The translations under genes and the position numbers were made by a program. From contig NC_043005.1 of NCBI RefSeq assembly GCF_006345805.1, positions 12,586,001-12,650,000 on the forward strand: a stretch of 64,000 nucleotides of DNA, in the 5' to 3' direction. Each line of letters starts with the position of its first letter. Positions within the stretch are counted from its first letter, which is position 1. The notes beneath the pieces are model-generated. The model saw only the letters and a program-made list of their open reading frames with translations, had not been told where the DNA came from and did not search any database. This stretch comes from Octopus sinensis (taxonomy: Eukaryota). Shown piece by piece: positions 26,187 to 38,747 of this stretch.

Positions 26187-26835
26187 ATAGTGGTAGTCTC
26201 TCTCATATCTTTGCAATACAATTTACTGAACCTCAGTTTTTTAAATATGCTAGACTACTTGTGTTAAATTGGTGTTATCAAATTAATATCCAATTTTTCA
26301 CCCTCATTTTAAGTTTAATTTTAAATTAATACGTTCTCAAACTGGCAAAGGCTACTGAAGTGAATTATTTTCGCCAGTATTATTTCCGGTAATTTAGCAC
26401 GCCAGAACGAGGACTTTTGAAAAATAACCACAAGTTTTTATATGTAGAACTACATACATGTTCGACCTCGTGCGGATGTCTGGTGTGTAGTTCTGCATAT
26501 TATGTTTTTATGGCCGATCATACTGAGGATCTACGGACAAATAGCGTATGTAAAATTCTGATGATAGTGAAACATTGTTTATGATTAATCTATATTTTTG
26601 TCACTTTTCATTTGTCTTCCTCGCTCACGTTTCTGGTGTTTGCTAAATTTTCTAGAGAAGATTTATTAGTGGTAAGTCCATAGCGGATCCACTTCTAGCA
26701 TTAGGGTGTACACATAGTGGTAATCCCTCTCGTATGTATGTAATACAATTAATTGAACCTCAGTTTTTTAATATGCTAGACCACTGGTGTTAAATTGGTG
26801 TTATCAAATTAATATCCAATTTTTCACCCTCATTT
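26187..26835 (+). mobile_element. Element with about 122-bp direct terminal repeats (period 527) and an internal HHR
   Basis: 26187-26309 matches 26714-26835. It truncates the preceding repeat copy exactly at 26186. Confidence 0.7.
26517..26585 (+). ncRNA. Type I hammerhead ribozyme (predicted, weak stem II)
   Basis: AUCAUA-CUGAGGA-UCUA[...]UAGU-GAAAC-AUU-GUU^UAUGAU: 6-bp stem I, intact core, stem II of 3 bp plus a U-U, 2-bp stem III. Confidence 0.55.
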
Positions 26836-28185
26836 GAATTTTTATATATATATTATATATATATATATATATAAACCAGAGTTAGCGTATAGTAACCGAC
26901 TAAGGGATAAATTATCTGTATATACTATCGGTATGTCATGCTTTGTATGAAAAAATAAGCTATAAATATAGTCCAATAGATGTGTTGGTTAATCTGTGGT
27001 CCCTTCCATTTTCTAATTATGTATATATATATATATATATATATATAATACATACATACATACATACATACATACATACATACATACATACATACATACA
27101 TGCATATATATCCATCCATACATACATGCATACATTCATGCATGCATACATACATACTTACATACATGAATGCATGCATCGATAAATAAAAAAGATATTT
27201 ACAAGTAAATGCATTCATATTATTCAATATTGTATATTGTCATACATAATACTTATAACATTCAACGCTATCTCCATGCTAGATATGTGTGTCGCCATTT
27301 TGTATTCGATTAAAAGCCAGTTTTTGCTACTCTGAAAAACAGACAGCAAAAATATGCATGCATATAGCATTTTTTTTATTTATGTGTGTGTGTGTTTGCG
27401 TGCGTGTTTGTGTGTTTGTGTGCACGCGCGCGTGTATGGTTAATATAAGCGATTGCTACTTATGTTTTATTATTCATATTCATATATATATAGAGAGAGA
27501 TTTGCGGAACGAAACCAAGATGCTTAGATAATCCTTATTTGATTTACCAGTTGTGCTTATACATTATAACATAGTAAAGTGATGTTGTTTCTCTTGTAGA
27601 TTGTGGCAAAATCACTGCCGTTTTATTCATTTATTTATTTATTTACCTTTCCTTTGTATTAATAGTTCGAGAACTTCCACCAATACCCCGTTCCCCCGCT
27701 ACATACAGAGAAAATAACATTTATTCGCTTCTCATTTTAGCGGTTTTCATTGTATGTCCGTTTAGCTATTATATAAAAAGTCAACTCCCAGTGTGATATC
27801 GCAGCATTTTTCAGTCTTTCACAATGATGCCAAGAAATCTGACACTTTTAGAGACCTCTTAATTCACACAGTTCCGGTGAAAGCAAACAAAATCTTTGCT
27901 TAGCAGCCAAATCGATACTGTTGTCAAAATTATTCGATATTTCAATCCTAAATAAAGTTTATTGATTCGCTTACGTTGTCAATGTTTGCAATCGGGTGTT
28001 TTAAAATAAAAAGAGAGTTTAAACACGTAAATAATATATTGAACAAACATTGCTATCTCCTCTCCGATTACATAATACATTGACTTTTTTTCCACTAGGA
28101 AAGCTTCTATTTGAAACTTAATATCTTGTTTCGTTACTTAAGGTTTCCTCATTGCTTGATTTATAAAATACAATTGTGTACAATA

Positions 28186-28765
28186 TTCCCCAACCATATG
28201 ATTCCGGGTTCAGTCTCCACTGCCTGGCACCTTGGGCAAGTGTATTTTATTATAGCTTTGGGACGAAAGCTTTGTAAGTGAATTTAGTAGACGGAAACTG
28301 AAAGAAGCCCGCCGCACGTGTGTGTATGTATGTGTGTGTGTGGTGTGTGTGTGCATGTGTGTTCGTTTCTCTTCTTTTTCTTGTTTCAATTCTTATTCGG
28401 TGTCCATGCAGGGGCAACGCATTGAAGAATTTTTAGTCGATCAAATGGATCTCAAACCTTTTTTCTTTAAGCCTGGTATTTCATCTATCGTCGTCTTTTG
28501 CTTAACAGCTAAGTTACAAGCACGTAAATACAACTAGACTGGTCGACAAGCGGAGGCGTAACACAATCAAATACACGCACAGACCCACGCACACTCAAAT
28601 GTATATGGATATGGCAGATTTTTTCAGTTTCCGTTTACCACTTTCACTAACAAGTATTTGTTCAGCCCAAGGCTTTATCAGAAGAAACTTGCCCAAGATT
28701 CCACGCTATGGGACTGAACCTGGAACGATGTGGTTGGGAAGGAAACTCCTTACCACACAGCCACG
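28186..28765. mobile_element. Two family B SINEs in opposite orientation (5' half on +, 28186-28325; diverged full copy on -, 28370-28764)
   Basis: CORE motif CACCTTGGGCAAGTG on + at about 28228 and CTTGCCCAAG on + at about 28689. Confidence 0.8.
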
Positions 28766-28939
28766 AAATCGCATACATACGCACACATACACACACGTGG
28801 ATGTATATATATACACACACACACGCTTCCGACGAAACGTTAAACCCTCGTTCTTCCCTTCTTTCCTGAGCGTCCAATAATACTTTATTTGTTCCACGTC
28901 CTCGCGTTGTTGTGTTTTTTTTGTTTCTTGTTGGATTTA

Positions 28940-28978
<39 letters not shown>

Positions 28979-28987
28979 TATATATGA

Positions 28988-29114
28988 CAGGGTGATTCAA
29001 AAGTCACCATACATAGGAAATTTTATTTTTTTATAAGAAACAGTTAAATAAAAAAACTGTTTCTTATTAAAAAAATTAATTGTTCTTATGTATGGCGACT
29101 TTTGAATCACCCTG
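28988..29114. mobile_element. 127-bp Tc1/mariner-type MITE, almost fully palindromic
   Basis: 28-bp TIR CAGGGTGATTCAAAAGTCACCATACATA (1 mismatch). TA on the right, GA on the left. Inner arms AAGAAACAGTT / AACTGTTTCTT. Confidence 0.88.
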
Positions 29115-29452
29115 TATATATACTCTAAATTTTATATATCATCTTTTATCAATATATATAATCGTACTTGCATACATACGTACACAAGGGCACACATAAA
29201 TACACACATACATATATACGAGGATGGTGGCTGAAACCAAAGTTGTAAATATGTGTGTCTTAAACACTAAGCACTTCTTCCTGATCCTTTGACTAACTCG
29301 ACATAGCAGCTCCATTCACTCAAATGTAGATTACTGCTTTAAATAAAGAGAATATTGCACTAGTTAGTAATACTTAATCCCCAAAATACCTATGGAGGGT
29401 TTTATCATGGACTGAACACCTTTCATCGTCGGAATACTCAACCAGAAATATA

Positions 29453-29763
29453 GGAGCACTCCGTCGGTTACGACGACGAGGGTCCCAGCTGATACGATCA
29501 ACGGAACAGCCCGCTCGTGAAATTAACGTGCACGTGACTGAGCAATCTACAGACACGTGTACCCCTAACGTAGTTCTCAGCGAGATTCAGCGTGACACAG
29601 AGTGTGACAAGGTCGGCCCTTTGAAATACAGGTACAACTCATTTTTGTCAGCTGAGTGGACTGGAGCAACGTGAAACAAAGGGTCTTGCTCAAGGGCACA
29701 ACGCGTCGCTGGGAATTGAACTCACGACCTTACAATCTTTAGCCGAATGCCCTAACCACTAAG
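29453..29763 (-). mobile_element. tRNA SINE family D
   Basis: Minus strand TTAGTGGTTAGGGC...GAGTTCAATTCCC, GTGCCCTTGAGCAAGAC, and a 3' part shared with family C. Second copy at 59205-59505. Confidence 0.88.
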
Positions 29764-30335
29764 TCTTCACAATCAGAAATAGCGCATGGTTAAACGCCAT
29801 CAATAACACTCTACAATGTTTCATGGACATTTGATCAACGAAGAAACAACTTAGTACTGTTAGAAATATGCAGAGCTTCTCAAAAGCAACGTTTTCCAAC
29901 CTTTCACCTTTAAAGAAAATCTTGAAATTCGTTCCATGTCTCAAGGGACGCCTACATCAAAAGTATTATGTATATTTAATAATCCTGTACTTCCTATATA
30001 CTTATATTCAATTTGAGAATATGTGAATATGTTAAAGAAATCATAAAATTATCTTTGTAAGTTTGTGGCAATGCAAAATTCATTTGATGCTACGAGAAGA
30101 ATTAAGAAATTTTGCATTAACTAAGAACTTGCTTCGACTAAAGTTTCCATTGAGATGTCTGTTTTCCCGTAGGGTTTTGTTCCTATCTATAGATGCTTAT
30201 GATTTGAATATATTCTGCGTGAATAATAAAATTAGAAATGTAAAATCAAATACAAAAGTGACTCAGAGATGTATTAGCAAATAATATGCATATTTATCAC
30301 TACATGTATATATATATACATATATATATATATAG

Positions 30336-30374
<39 letters not shown>

Positions 30375-30388
<14 letters not shown>

Positions 30389-30622
30389 TAATATTAGGGA
30401 ATAAATCCAAATTTACAGGGAAAAAATCAGATTTAGGATTAAATCCAATTTTATAGTAAAATATTATAAAATATTATTAGAGACAAAACCACTATTTTGC
30501 AAAACAACCAGGAAAGACTTAATCAATACATAAAATTTTAATAAATAGTCATTTATTAAAATTTTATGTATTGATTAAGTCTTCCTTGTTTGTTTTGCAA
30601 AATAGTGGTTTTGTCTCTAATA

Positions 30623-30631
<9 letters not shown>
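30375..30631. repeat. TA-flanked repeat ending in an 81-bp fold-back with a 4-nt loop
   Basis: Arms 30466-30546 and 30551-30631, loop AGTC. The 5' part AGGGAATAAATCCAAATTTACAGGGAAAAAA is related to 5800-5890 (-). Confidence 0.88.
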
Positions 30632-30671
<40 letters not shown>

Positions 30672-31087
30672 TATATAATGAATATCTGTTTGCACGGATC
30701 AATATTACAACACGGCCATATAGTTACATTGTGCTGAAGAGAATTATAACCGTGACCCTTCTATGTATGTACGTATACACATGCACACACAAACATATAT
30801 AATTGCTTTTATATGTATAGTTAATTGCGCAAAACAAGAAGTATTAATGGAAGGAGCCTCACGTTATACCTTTCAGTAAAATAACATACTTTATAGTTCG
30901 AAGGAAAAGTGTGACAGCTACTTCCAAGAATTTCTTTACTTTCTTTCCTGAGAGAGACACACAAAGTCAACCAAGTCAAAATATGGAAGTAGCTGTCAAC
31001 ATCTTTCTTGTAAAACACTACGTGTGCGTGTGTTGTGTGCTTGTATGTATATGCGTGTATATGTATTATGTATGTGTATATATATAT

Positions 31088-31139
<52 letters not shown>

Positions 31140-32030
31140 GGAAAGAAAGTATATAGTTCAAATTTAAAGAAAAACAAAGGATGAAAACAGGTGTAGGAGC
31201 AACAAGCAGGTGTAATCGTTTAACGCTCGAGAAAAATGTAATTCTTTTAAGTTTCGTGCCTACGCCCGTTGACAGAAAGGAATAAGAGAGATAATATAGA
31301 GAGAAAATTAATATAATGGAGAGATAAAAACTGTGTAGAGTTCAGCAGATCAACATGTCGAGATGACAGGGAGAAAAAGCGGTTGAATGAAAGGGCGATA
31401 ATAATAGTGATCCGAACGAAGTAAGGTGCGCAAGCGTATGTAATATATGTGAGAATGGTGTGTGTGAATATGTATGCGTGTATGTTTCAATGAGGGCGAA
31501 AGAGTCTGACATGTGTGTTTGTGCGTGCATGTGTAACGTATGTGTGTGTGTTGTGTGTACCAGTTGATGTGTGCTTTTTCACGTGGTGGGTGGACTTGTG
31601 TATGTGTGTGTGTGTCTGTGACCAAATAGTGTGCATGTATATATTGTACGTATGTAGGCGAAAATTATCTTTTTCTATACGTGTTGCGTGTGTGTGTATA
31701 TATGTGTGTTCAGGTATTATGTGCTTGTGTGGGTGTAGGAGTTTGCATGATAGGGTGTGGTGTACGTACGGATTTAAACAGTGTGTGTGGATGCTCCTAT
31801 AGAGGTATGTGTGGTAGCGCTATTGAAGATTGTGTGTGGGTGTGTGGATAACAGTGTGCGGTGTGGATGCTTAAGAGTGGTCAGGGCTAATGTGTGTGGG
31901 GGGAAGGCCTTGCGGGTGTGTGTGTAATGGTGTGCGAAGTGAATGATGCGTTGAACAATATGTATGGGTTTCTGTATAGTGGTGCGTGTGCGGGGAGGTT
32001 ATCGAGATTGGTGGTATGCAGTGGTGTATA

Positions 32031-32262
32031 GGGCGGCGAGCTGGCAGAATCGTTAGCACGCCGGGCGAAATACGTAGCCGTATTTCGTCTGCCGTTACGT
32101 TCTGAGTTCAAATTCCGACGAGGTCGACTTTGCCGTTCATCCTTTCGGGGTCGATAAATTAAGTGCCAGTTACGAACTGAGGTCGATGTGATCGACTTAA
32201 TCCGTTTGTCTGTCCTTGTTTGTCCTCTCTGTGTTTAGCCCCTTGTGGGTAGTAAAGAATTA
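32031..32262 (+). mobile_element. SINE family A monomer (A1 tail)
   Basis: Full head and tail. 16-bp TSD GGTATGCAGTGGTGTA (32013-32028) / GGTATGCGGTGGTGTA (32263-32278). Confidence 0.93.
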
Positions 32263-32719
32263 GGTATGCGGTGGTGTAGGTGGAAGGTGGTTCAGTTATA
32301 ATAACTGTTAGCTTGACTTTGATTAGGGGACTGTTGGACAAGCAAAGATTTATCATATATAACATAGATAACACCTTACTATATATCTCTATAATCGTAT
32401 ACAATTGCTTAATCTAAATATAAAACATGCCAAACTTAAAAGTATAATATGTACGATTACATTTCTTCATAATATAATGTACGAATAACAATCAACAGAT
32501 TTTGTAAGGATACAATTTCCAGGTTTCCGTGTCATATCCCCGTGTCAGAAAATTTCGAAAACATGAAACTAAAACGTATCCTCTAGAGTACAAGACGAGG
32601 CAAATACGTTTAAATTTCTCTAAACCTGATACTTTCTATAAATTGTAAGACATTATACTTTCTCAAGATGAAGTGAAAGATATTTTGCCAGTAAAAGGCG
32701 TAATTATTTATTTGCTTTC

Positions 32720-32946
32720 CTTTTATTCTTTTATTCTTTTACTTGTTTCAGTCATTTGACTGCGGCCATGCTGAAGCAACCACTTTAGTCGAGCAACTCC
32801 ACCCCGGGACTTATTCTTTTGAAAGCCCAGTACTTATTCTATCAGTCTCTTTTGCCGAACCGCTAGTTTACAGGGACGTAAACACAACCAGCATCGGTTG
32901 TCAAGCGATGGTGGTGGGACAAACACGAATACCAATACACACACAC

Positions 32947-33008
<62 letters not shown>

Positions 33009-33083
33009 ATTGATATATATATATATATACATATATACGATGGGCTTCTTTCAGTTTCCATCTACCATCTACAGCCACTCCTG
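32720..33083 (-). mobile_element. Family B SINE with an internal deletion removing most of the head and the CORE
   Basis: CAGTTTCCATCTACCA is joined directly to TCTACAGCCACTCCTG. Confidence 0.85.
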
Positions 33084-34130
33084 TTTCTTTTTTTTTGGGT
33101 GGGGGTTAAATCTTAATCTACGATTTTCAAAATGTAAATTCGAAGTCTGTTTTGATGAAAACATAAAAAAACAATTAATAAAACAAATTGGCTATTCTGA
33201 AAAAGTTTGCTTCAACGGCTCGATAATTCAGGTCAGCTAGTTTAGATTATTTGTGTTCTCCATAAATGCTGGCCTCGCCCCAATTTAGATTACGCTGCTT
33301 TCATCAACATTTCAATTATATACTCCTACAAAGTATCTCAGCTATCTTCATATATCTCCCCTCAATGTATGCATTTGTGTGTGTGTGCTTATATATATAT
33401 ATATATATATGTAAATATATTTATCCACACACACACACACCTATATTATAGATATATATATATATATATATTATATATTATAATATAGGGAAAGTTACGA
33501 ACAAAACAAAAGACGAAGACAGGTGGTGTACAAAACAAACAGATGTACTAGTATAACACACTCAGGAATAGAAAAAGTCTTGAACGTTTCGAGCCTAAGT
33601 TCTTCTACAGAAAGGTATACATAAAAAACAAGGAGAGAAACAAGGAGAGAAAAAATGTGTGTAGTGACTAACGGTCTATCATGGCGTCTATATATATATA
33701 TATATGTAATATGTATGTATACGTGGGTGTGTATGTAGAGAGAGATTTATAGATATCGATATATATTCCTGGTCGACGGAGATACTACACGGTCAGTCAG
33801 CCTTCTAAATATCCTTATCTCATTGTCTTACTGTCTTTAAATGGAAGTGACTCATGGGATAGTAAAACATTTTCTATTTCCGCCAAAGTCGTCGAGCCTC
33901 TAGCAATATAATCCTGCGCCGCCAAAGTTAAGCAGAGATGAAACAACAGCAATAACAAACCTCCATTAGAAAAAGCCCGGCTGGCTAAAAATAACGAGTA
34001 TATCTCATCTCCTTCGGATTACACATTATATCTTTAGAAAGGATAGGAAGACACTTTGAAAATGTGGGCCCTAAAAGGAGCGTTACGTTTGGAATAGCTT
34101 GGAACCTAAGTTCCTCGACCAGTGCTGAAC

Positions 34131-34230
34131 NNNNNNNNNNNNNNNNNNNNNNNNNNNNNNNNNNNNNNNNNNNNNNNNNNNNNNNNNNNNNNNNNNNNNN
34201 NNNNNNNNNNNNNNNNNNNNNNNNNNNNNN
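34131..34230. other. Assembly gap (100 N)
   Basis: A run of n that abuts a (TA)n tract. Confidence 1.
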
Positions 34231-34267
<37 letters not shown>

Positions 34268-34268
<1 letters not shown>

Positions 34269-34451
34269 TCTTATACTGTTTCAGTCATTTGACCGTGGCC
34301 AGCTGAGCACCGCCTTTAGTCGAGCAAATCGACCAACCACAGTTCTTATTCTTTCTAGCCTATCTCTTAATCTGTCGAGCTCTTTTACCGAACAACTAAG
34401 TTACGGTTGTCAAGCGATGTTGGGGGGAACAAACACAGAGATACAAACATG

Positions 34452-34493
<42 letters not shown>

Positions 34494-34673
34494 CACACAC
34501 ATATATATATATGTGCATATATATATGTACGACGGGCTTCTTTCAGTTTCCGTCAACCAAATCCACTCACAAGGCTTTGATCGGCTCGAGGCTATATTAG
34601 AAGTCACTTGCCCAAGGTGCCACCCTGTAGGACTGAACCCAGAACCATGTGGTTCGCAAGCGAGCTACTTACC
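34268..34673 (-). mobile_element. CORE-type SINE family B
   Basis: Matches the family B consensus. Confidence 0.88.
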
Positions 34674-34819
34674 TATATATGTCGCGGACATGTGCCGAAA
34701 GATAATCTGTCATTCTGCCCACAACCTTCGTAAAGAAAATACGTGCTTATACTGTCTCCTTCATACGTAAGCTCGTCTTCCTAGCGTTCATAATTTTTGT
34801 ATCGTCTTGACTTAACAAC

Positions 34820-35140
34820 CCTCACCGTTTGTTTTTACTGTTTTGTTCTCGCTCTCCTATTCTTCTTACCACTTTCAGCCTCCGGAAAAATTCCAAATAT
34901 TATTTAATTTGCTTTGCGGGAAGGACTGTCTCAAAGAAGTCGCGTCTTGCCCTTGCCTTCGCAACGTGGAGTACATGAAACAGAGACAACTGAAGAAGGG
35001 GAATATTCCTTATGTTGTATGTCTCGTTTCTCTGGGATTTTGTTTATATCGTTGTTCCAAAATAAGTTCGTTTCAATGTTTTTGTTGTTATGTTTTCGTT
35101 TCTCGTTGTGTTCAACGCTTTTTTGATGTCCTGCACCCAT
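34820..35140 (+). repeat. Family H3 repeat, second copy
   Basis: Homologous to 7780-8070. Confidence 0.6.
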
Positions 35141-35224
35141 ATATTTATGTATATATACATATATATATGTAGGTATGTACATATATTATGTATATATGCA
35201 TGTATTTATATATTATATATTATA

Positions 35225-35263
<39 letters not shown>

Positions 35264-35385
35264 CATATACATATACATATATATATATATAATATATATA
35301 TAGATATATATATATATATATAGAATATAAATATATATATAATATATATCTATTATAATCGATATACTCATACATATACATATAC

Positions 35386-35418
<33 letters not shown>

Positions 35419-35447
35419 ATGTATATATATATATACTTATAATATAC

Positions 35448-35478
<31 letters not shown>

Positions 35479-35760
35479 GCTATATATGCCACTCCTAGCA
35501 TTTATTCGAAATGACTTTTCCACCTTTATCTCCCTTTTTTTCTAGTCTTCCCTTGCTTTCTCTTTCACTATATTTTCATTCTCTCTTTTCGAAATTTAGC
35601 AATCGATATCGTTCAAGCACAGATCGTCCTTCCCAACTAAAGGGAAGCAAGAATACAGGTTCAATCTTCGTTTAAGTAATAGTTCAATTATTTTACCCAA
35701 TAAAGGTTTGAACTCAATGGTTTTGTCTTATAAACAATTCTAAATAATGCACTAGTTATT

Positions 35761-36203
35761 TATTTCTGTATAGCCCACAAGGGACTAAACTTAGAGGGCA
35801 AACAAGGATAGACAAGGGGATTAAATCGATTACATCAACCTCAGTGCATAACTGGTACTTATTTAATCGACCCTGAACGGAGGAAAGGTTAAATCGACCT
35901 CGGCGAAAATTAAACTCAGAACGTGAAGACAGATGAAATACCGCTAAGCATTTCGCAAGGCGTGCTGACTTTTCTCATTTCTTTTTTGCCGCAAGGAGCT
36001 AAACATAGAGGGGACAAACAAGGACAGACAAAGGGATTAAGTGGATTACATCGACCCCAGCGCGTAACTGGTACTTATTTTATCGACCTCGAAAGGATGA
36101 AAGGCAAAGTCGACCTCGGCGAAATTTAAACTCAGAACGTAACAGTAGAAATTCCGCTAGGCATTTTGCCTGGCGTACTAACGTTTCTGGCAGCTCACCG
36201 CCT
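35761..36203 (-). mobile_element. SINE family A dimer (junction near the A box)
   Basis: Two A1 bodies. The second unit restarts at about AGAAAAGTCAGCACG rather than GGTATTT. Confidence 0.88.
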
Positions 36204-37076
36204 TAAATTATACACAATATCAAAACATTGCTTGAAAATTTCGTGTATTCCTGTTTCCCTAATTTTTTAAAATAGTTAATAATATTTGACAAATATACTG
36301 AAGGCATGAAGTACATTTTTTGCAAAATCATGCATGAAAATACATATAAATTTATGAGTATGTATGTGTGCGTGCGTGTGTGTGCAGCTGTGTGTCTTTG
36401 TATGTGTGTTTTTCAAAGAAAGAATGAACTGCAAACAATTGTAGCTTCACATTAGACCATGGATACAAGCCTTGTGTCTATAGTAGAATGGATTAGACCA
36501 TGGATACTACTAATATCATTTACTAAGGATATTCCCCCATTCTTCATTCCCAGAGACGCAATCGTTGGCCTTTGTATGGAAATCTTTGCTGAATGAGATA
36601 TGCATCACAAACACAGATATTCTAGAAATACCCGTAGGAGACTTTTTGCACAACTTCTCAATCCTGTATTTACTCTGGTAACTCTGCAATTACGTTTGGA
36701 TTACAAATTCCATTGACTAAATTGATACCACATATTCTTACTCTTTCATTCTGTCTTTTTAATATATAGCTTTTAGCTCGATAATGAACCACTTTTACCC
36801 ATTTAATTCTAGGCACTACAACGCCACTCTTGTTTTAGTACCCGTGCAATTCAGAGTTTTAGTGGTAAACCAGCCTGAGCACTTATTGTATACACTTAGT
36901 ACGTTACGTCATGAGATGCAATTTTAACTGCGCTCTCTTTCTCTCTCCTCCACATGTGTGTGTGTTTATGTGTATGTGTGTATTTTGAGACAGATCATAG
37001 GCCACCGGCCATTAAGATCTGATGAGACGTGTGTAAAGCTAAGCGTTTTATGAAGGAGAAACCTTGGGTAACCTTA

Positions 37077-37289
37077 AGGCGGTGAGCTGGCAGAATCGTT
37101 AGCATGCTGGGCGAAATGCTTAGTGGTATTTCGTCTGCTGCTACGTTCTGAGTTCAAATTCCGCCGAGGTTGACTTTGCCTTTCACCCTTTCGGGGTCGG
37201 TTACATAAGTACCAGTTACGCACTTAATCCGTTTGTCTGTCTTTGTTTGTTCCCTCTGTGTTTAGCCCCTTGTGGATAGTAAAGAAATA
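37077..37289 (+). mobile_element. SINE family A monomer (A1 tail)
   Basis: Head, GAGTTCAAATTCC B box, tail ending AAAGAAATA. Confidence 0.9.
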
Positions 37290-37412
37290 TTTATATATAT
37301 ACAAATATGCATAATTCTTGTTATATATATGTGTATGTGTATACACACACATATAAATACATACTTCCTTCCTCTCACACTTAATTTCAAATTTCTAATA
37401 TTCTAGAGGATT

Positions 37413-37452
<40 letters not shown>

Positions 37453-37729
37453 ACACACACATACATACTGTATATTTGTTATACATAGGAGCGATGCATT
37501 TTACCAGAATTTCCGACTCGATTCGAATTGAACAATCTAAATCCTGAAGCGGATTAAATGCATTCAAAATATGACTATTTGATTTCCCTACATATTATAT
37601 ATTTACGAGCGGTATTGGTATCCAGAAGAACCAAGGTGGCAGGTAACGCTATGTAGGTGCTATGGGAGGAACGGTGTGAAACTCTTGATTCGATAATGAC
37701 ACCAATGATACATGACATTACATATATGT

Positions 37730-37960
37730 GCGGGAGTGGCTGTGTGGTAAGTAGCTTGCTTACCAACCACGTAGTTCCGGGTTCAGTCCCACTGCGTGGA
37801 ACCTTGGGCAAGTGTCTTCTACTATAGCTTCGGGCCGACCAAAGAATAAGTACTAGGCTTCTAAAGAATAAGTCCAGAGGTCGAGTTGCTCAACTAAAAG
37901 GTGGGGCTTCAGGATGGCCGCAGTCAAATGACTGAAACAAGTAAAAGAGAAAAAGAGAAA
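37730..37960 (+). mobile_element. Family B SINE lacking the central segment
   Basis: GGGCCGACCAAA is joined to GAATAAGTACTAGG; the microsatellite core is absent. Confidence 0.88.
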
Positions 37961-38336
37961 GAGAAAATATGTGTGTGTGTGTGTATGTATTATGTAATTG
38001 TATACGTATATCATTGTTCAGTTTTATTTCAAGATTTCTTGCCAATAGAGAAAGAACCGGTTTCAACATCAACAACTGTTTTTTGTTTGTTTGTATGTAT
38101 ATAACTACGTATATGTGCAGATTTGTATGTTTTGTTTTATGTATGTATTCACATTGTATATAGGTGCATATCTAGACATGTTCATATATATTCAAGCGAT
38201 ACACTTCTGGAAAGTTTTGCATATTTTTACAGTTGTAATGATTAATTGGATCTGTAGTATGAGGAGATGCTGAAAATTTCAAGCCCTCAAGGATATTGCA
38301 AAATGCCTGGCTGAAGGCCCCGCCTTCTGATATCAT

Positions 38337-38747
38337 AGAGTCGTGTACGAGCAGAGAGAAACCTGGACGTTATCAAAGAAGCTTGAGAGGCGGTTGGATG
38401 GAACCTACACTCGCCTCCTTATGAGAGCTCAAAATCTCTCGTGGAAGCGCCATCCAACCAAAATGCAAATATATGGGAAACTACCACCTGTGTCATCTCT
38501 TGTGAAAGGTAAGAGAGTCCAGTTTGCTGGACATTGTTGTAGAGCTGAAAAAGAAGTAATTTCTACTCTTCTCCTCTGGAAGCCATCTACTCGCAATACC
38601 AGAGGGCGCACACTCTCCTACCCTGATGTAATCTCCAGGGATACAGGCATCCAGCAACAGGACCTCCGTAATGCCATGATGGACCGTGAAGTCTGGCGTA
38701 GCATGGTAAATTCCATTGTCTCGACCACGGTCGAACAATGATGATGA
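38337..38747 (+). mobile_element. Young 5'-truncated RTE-type LINE 3' end
   Basis: Uninterrupted frame ...ETWTLSKKLERRLDGTYTRLLMRAQNLSWK...RVQFAGHCCR...DREVWRSMV...*, (TGA)n tail, and a perfect 11-bp TSD TCTGATATCAT at 38326-38336 and 38748-38758. Confidence 0.92.

Noticed and set aside
26558-26579. Alternative HHR core CTGATGA-TAGT-GAAAC nested in the 26517 motif
   Set aside because: There is no room for stem II and no stem I pairing; the upstream CTGAGGA gives the coherent fold.
34064-34306. ORF spanning the N run
   Set aside because: It is an artefact of the assembly gap.
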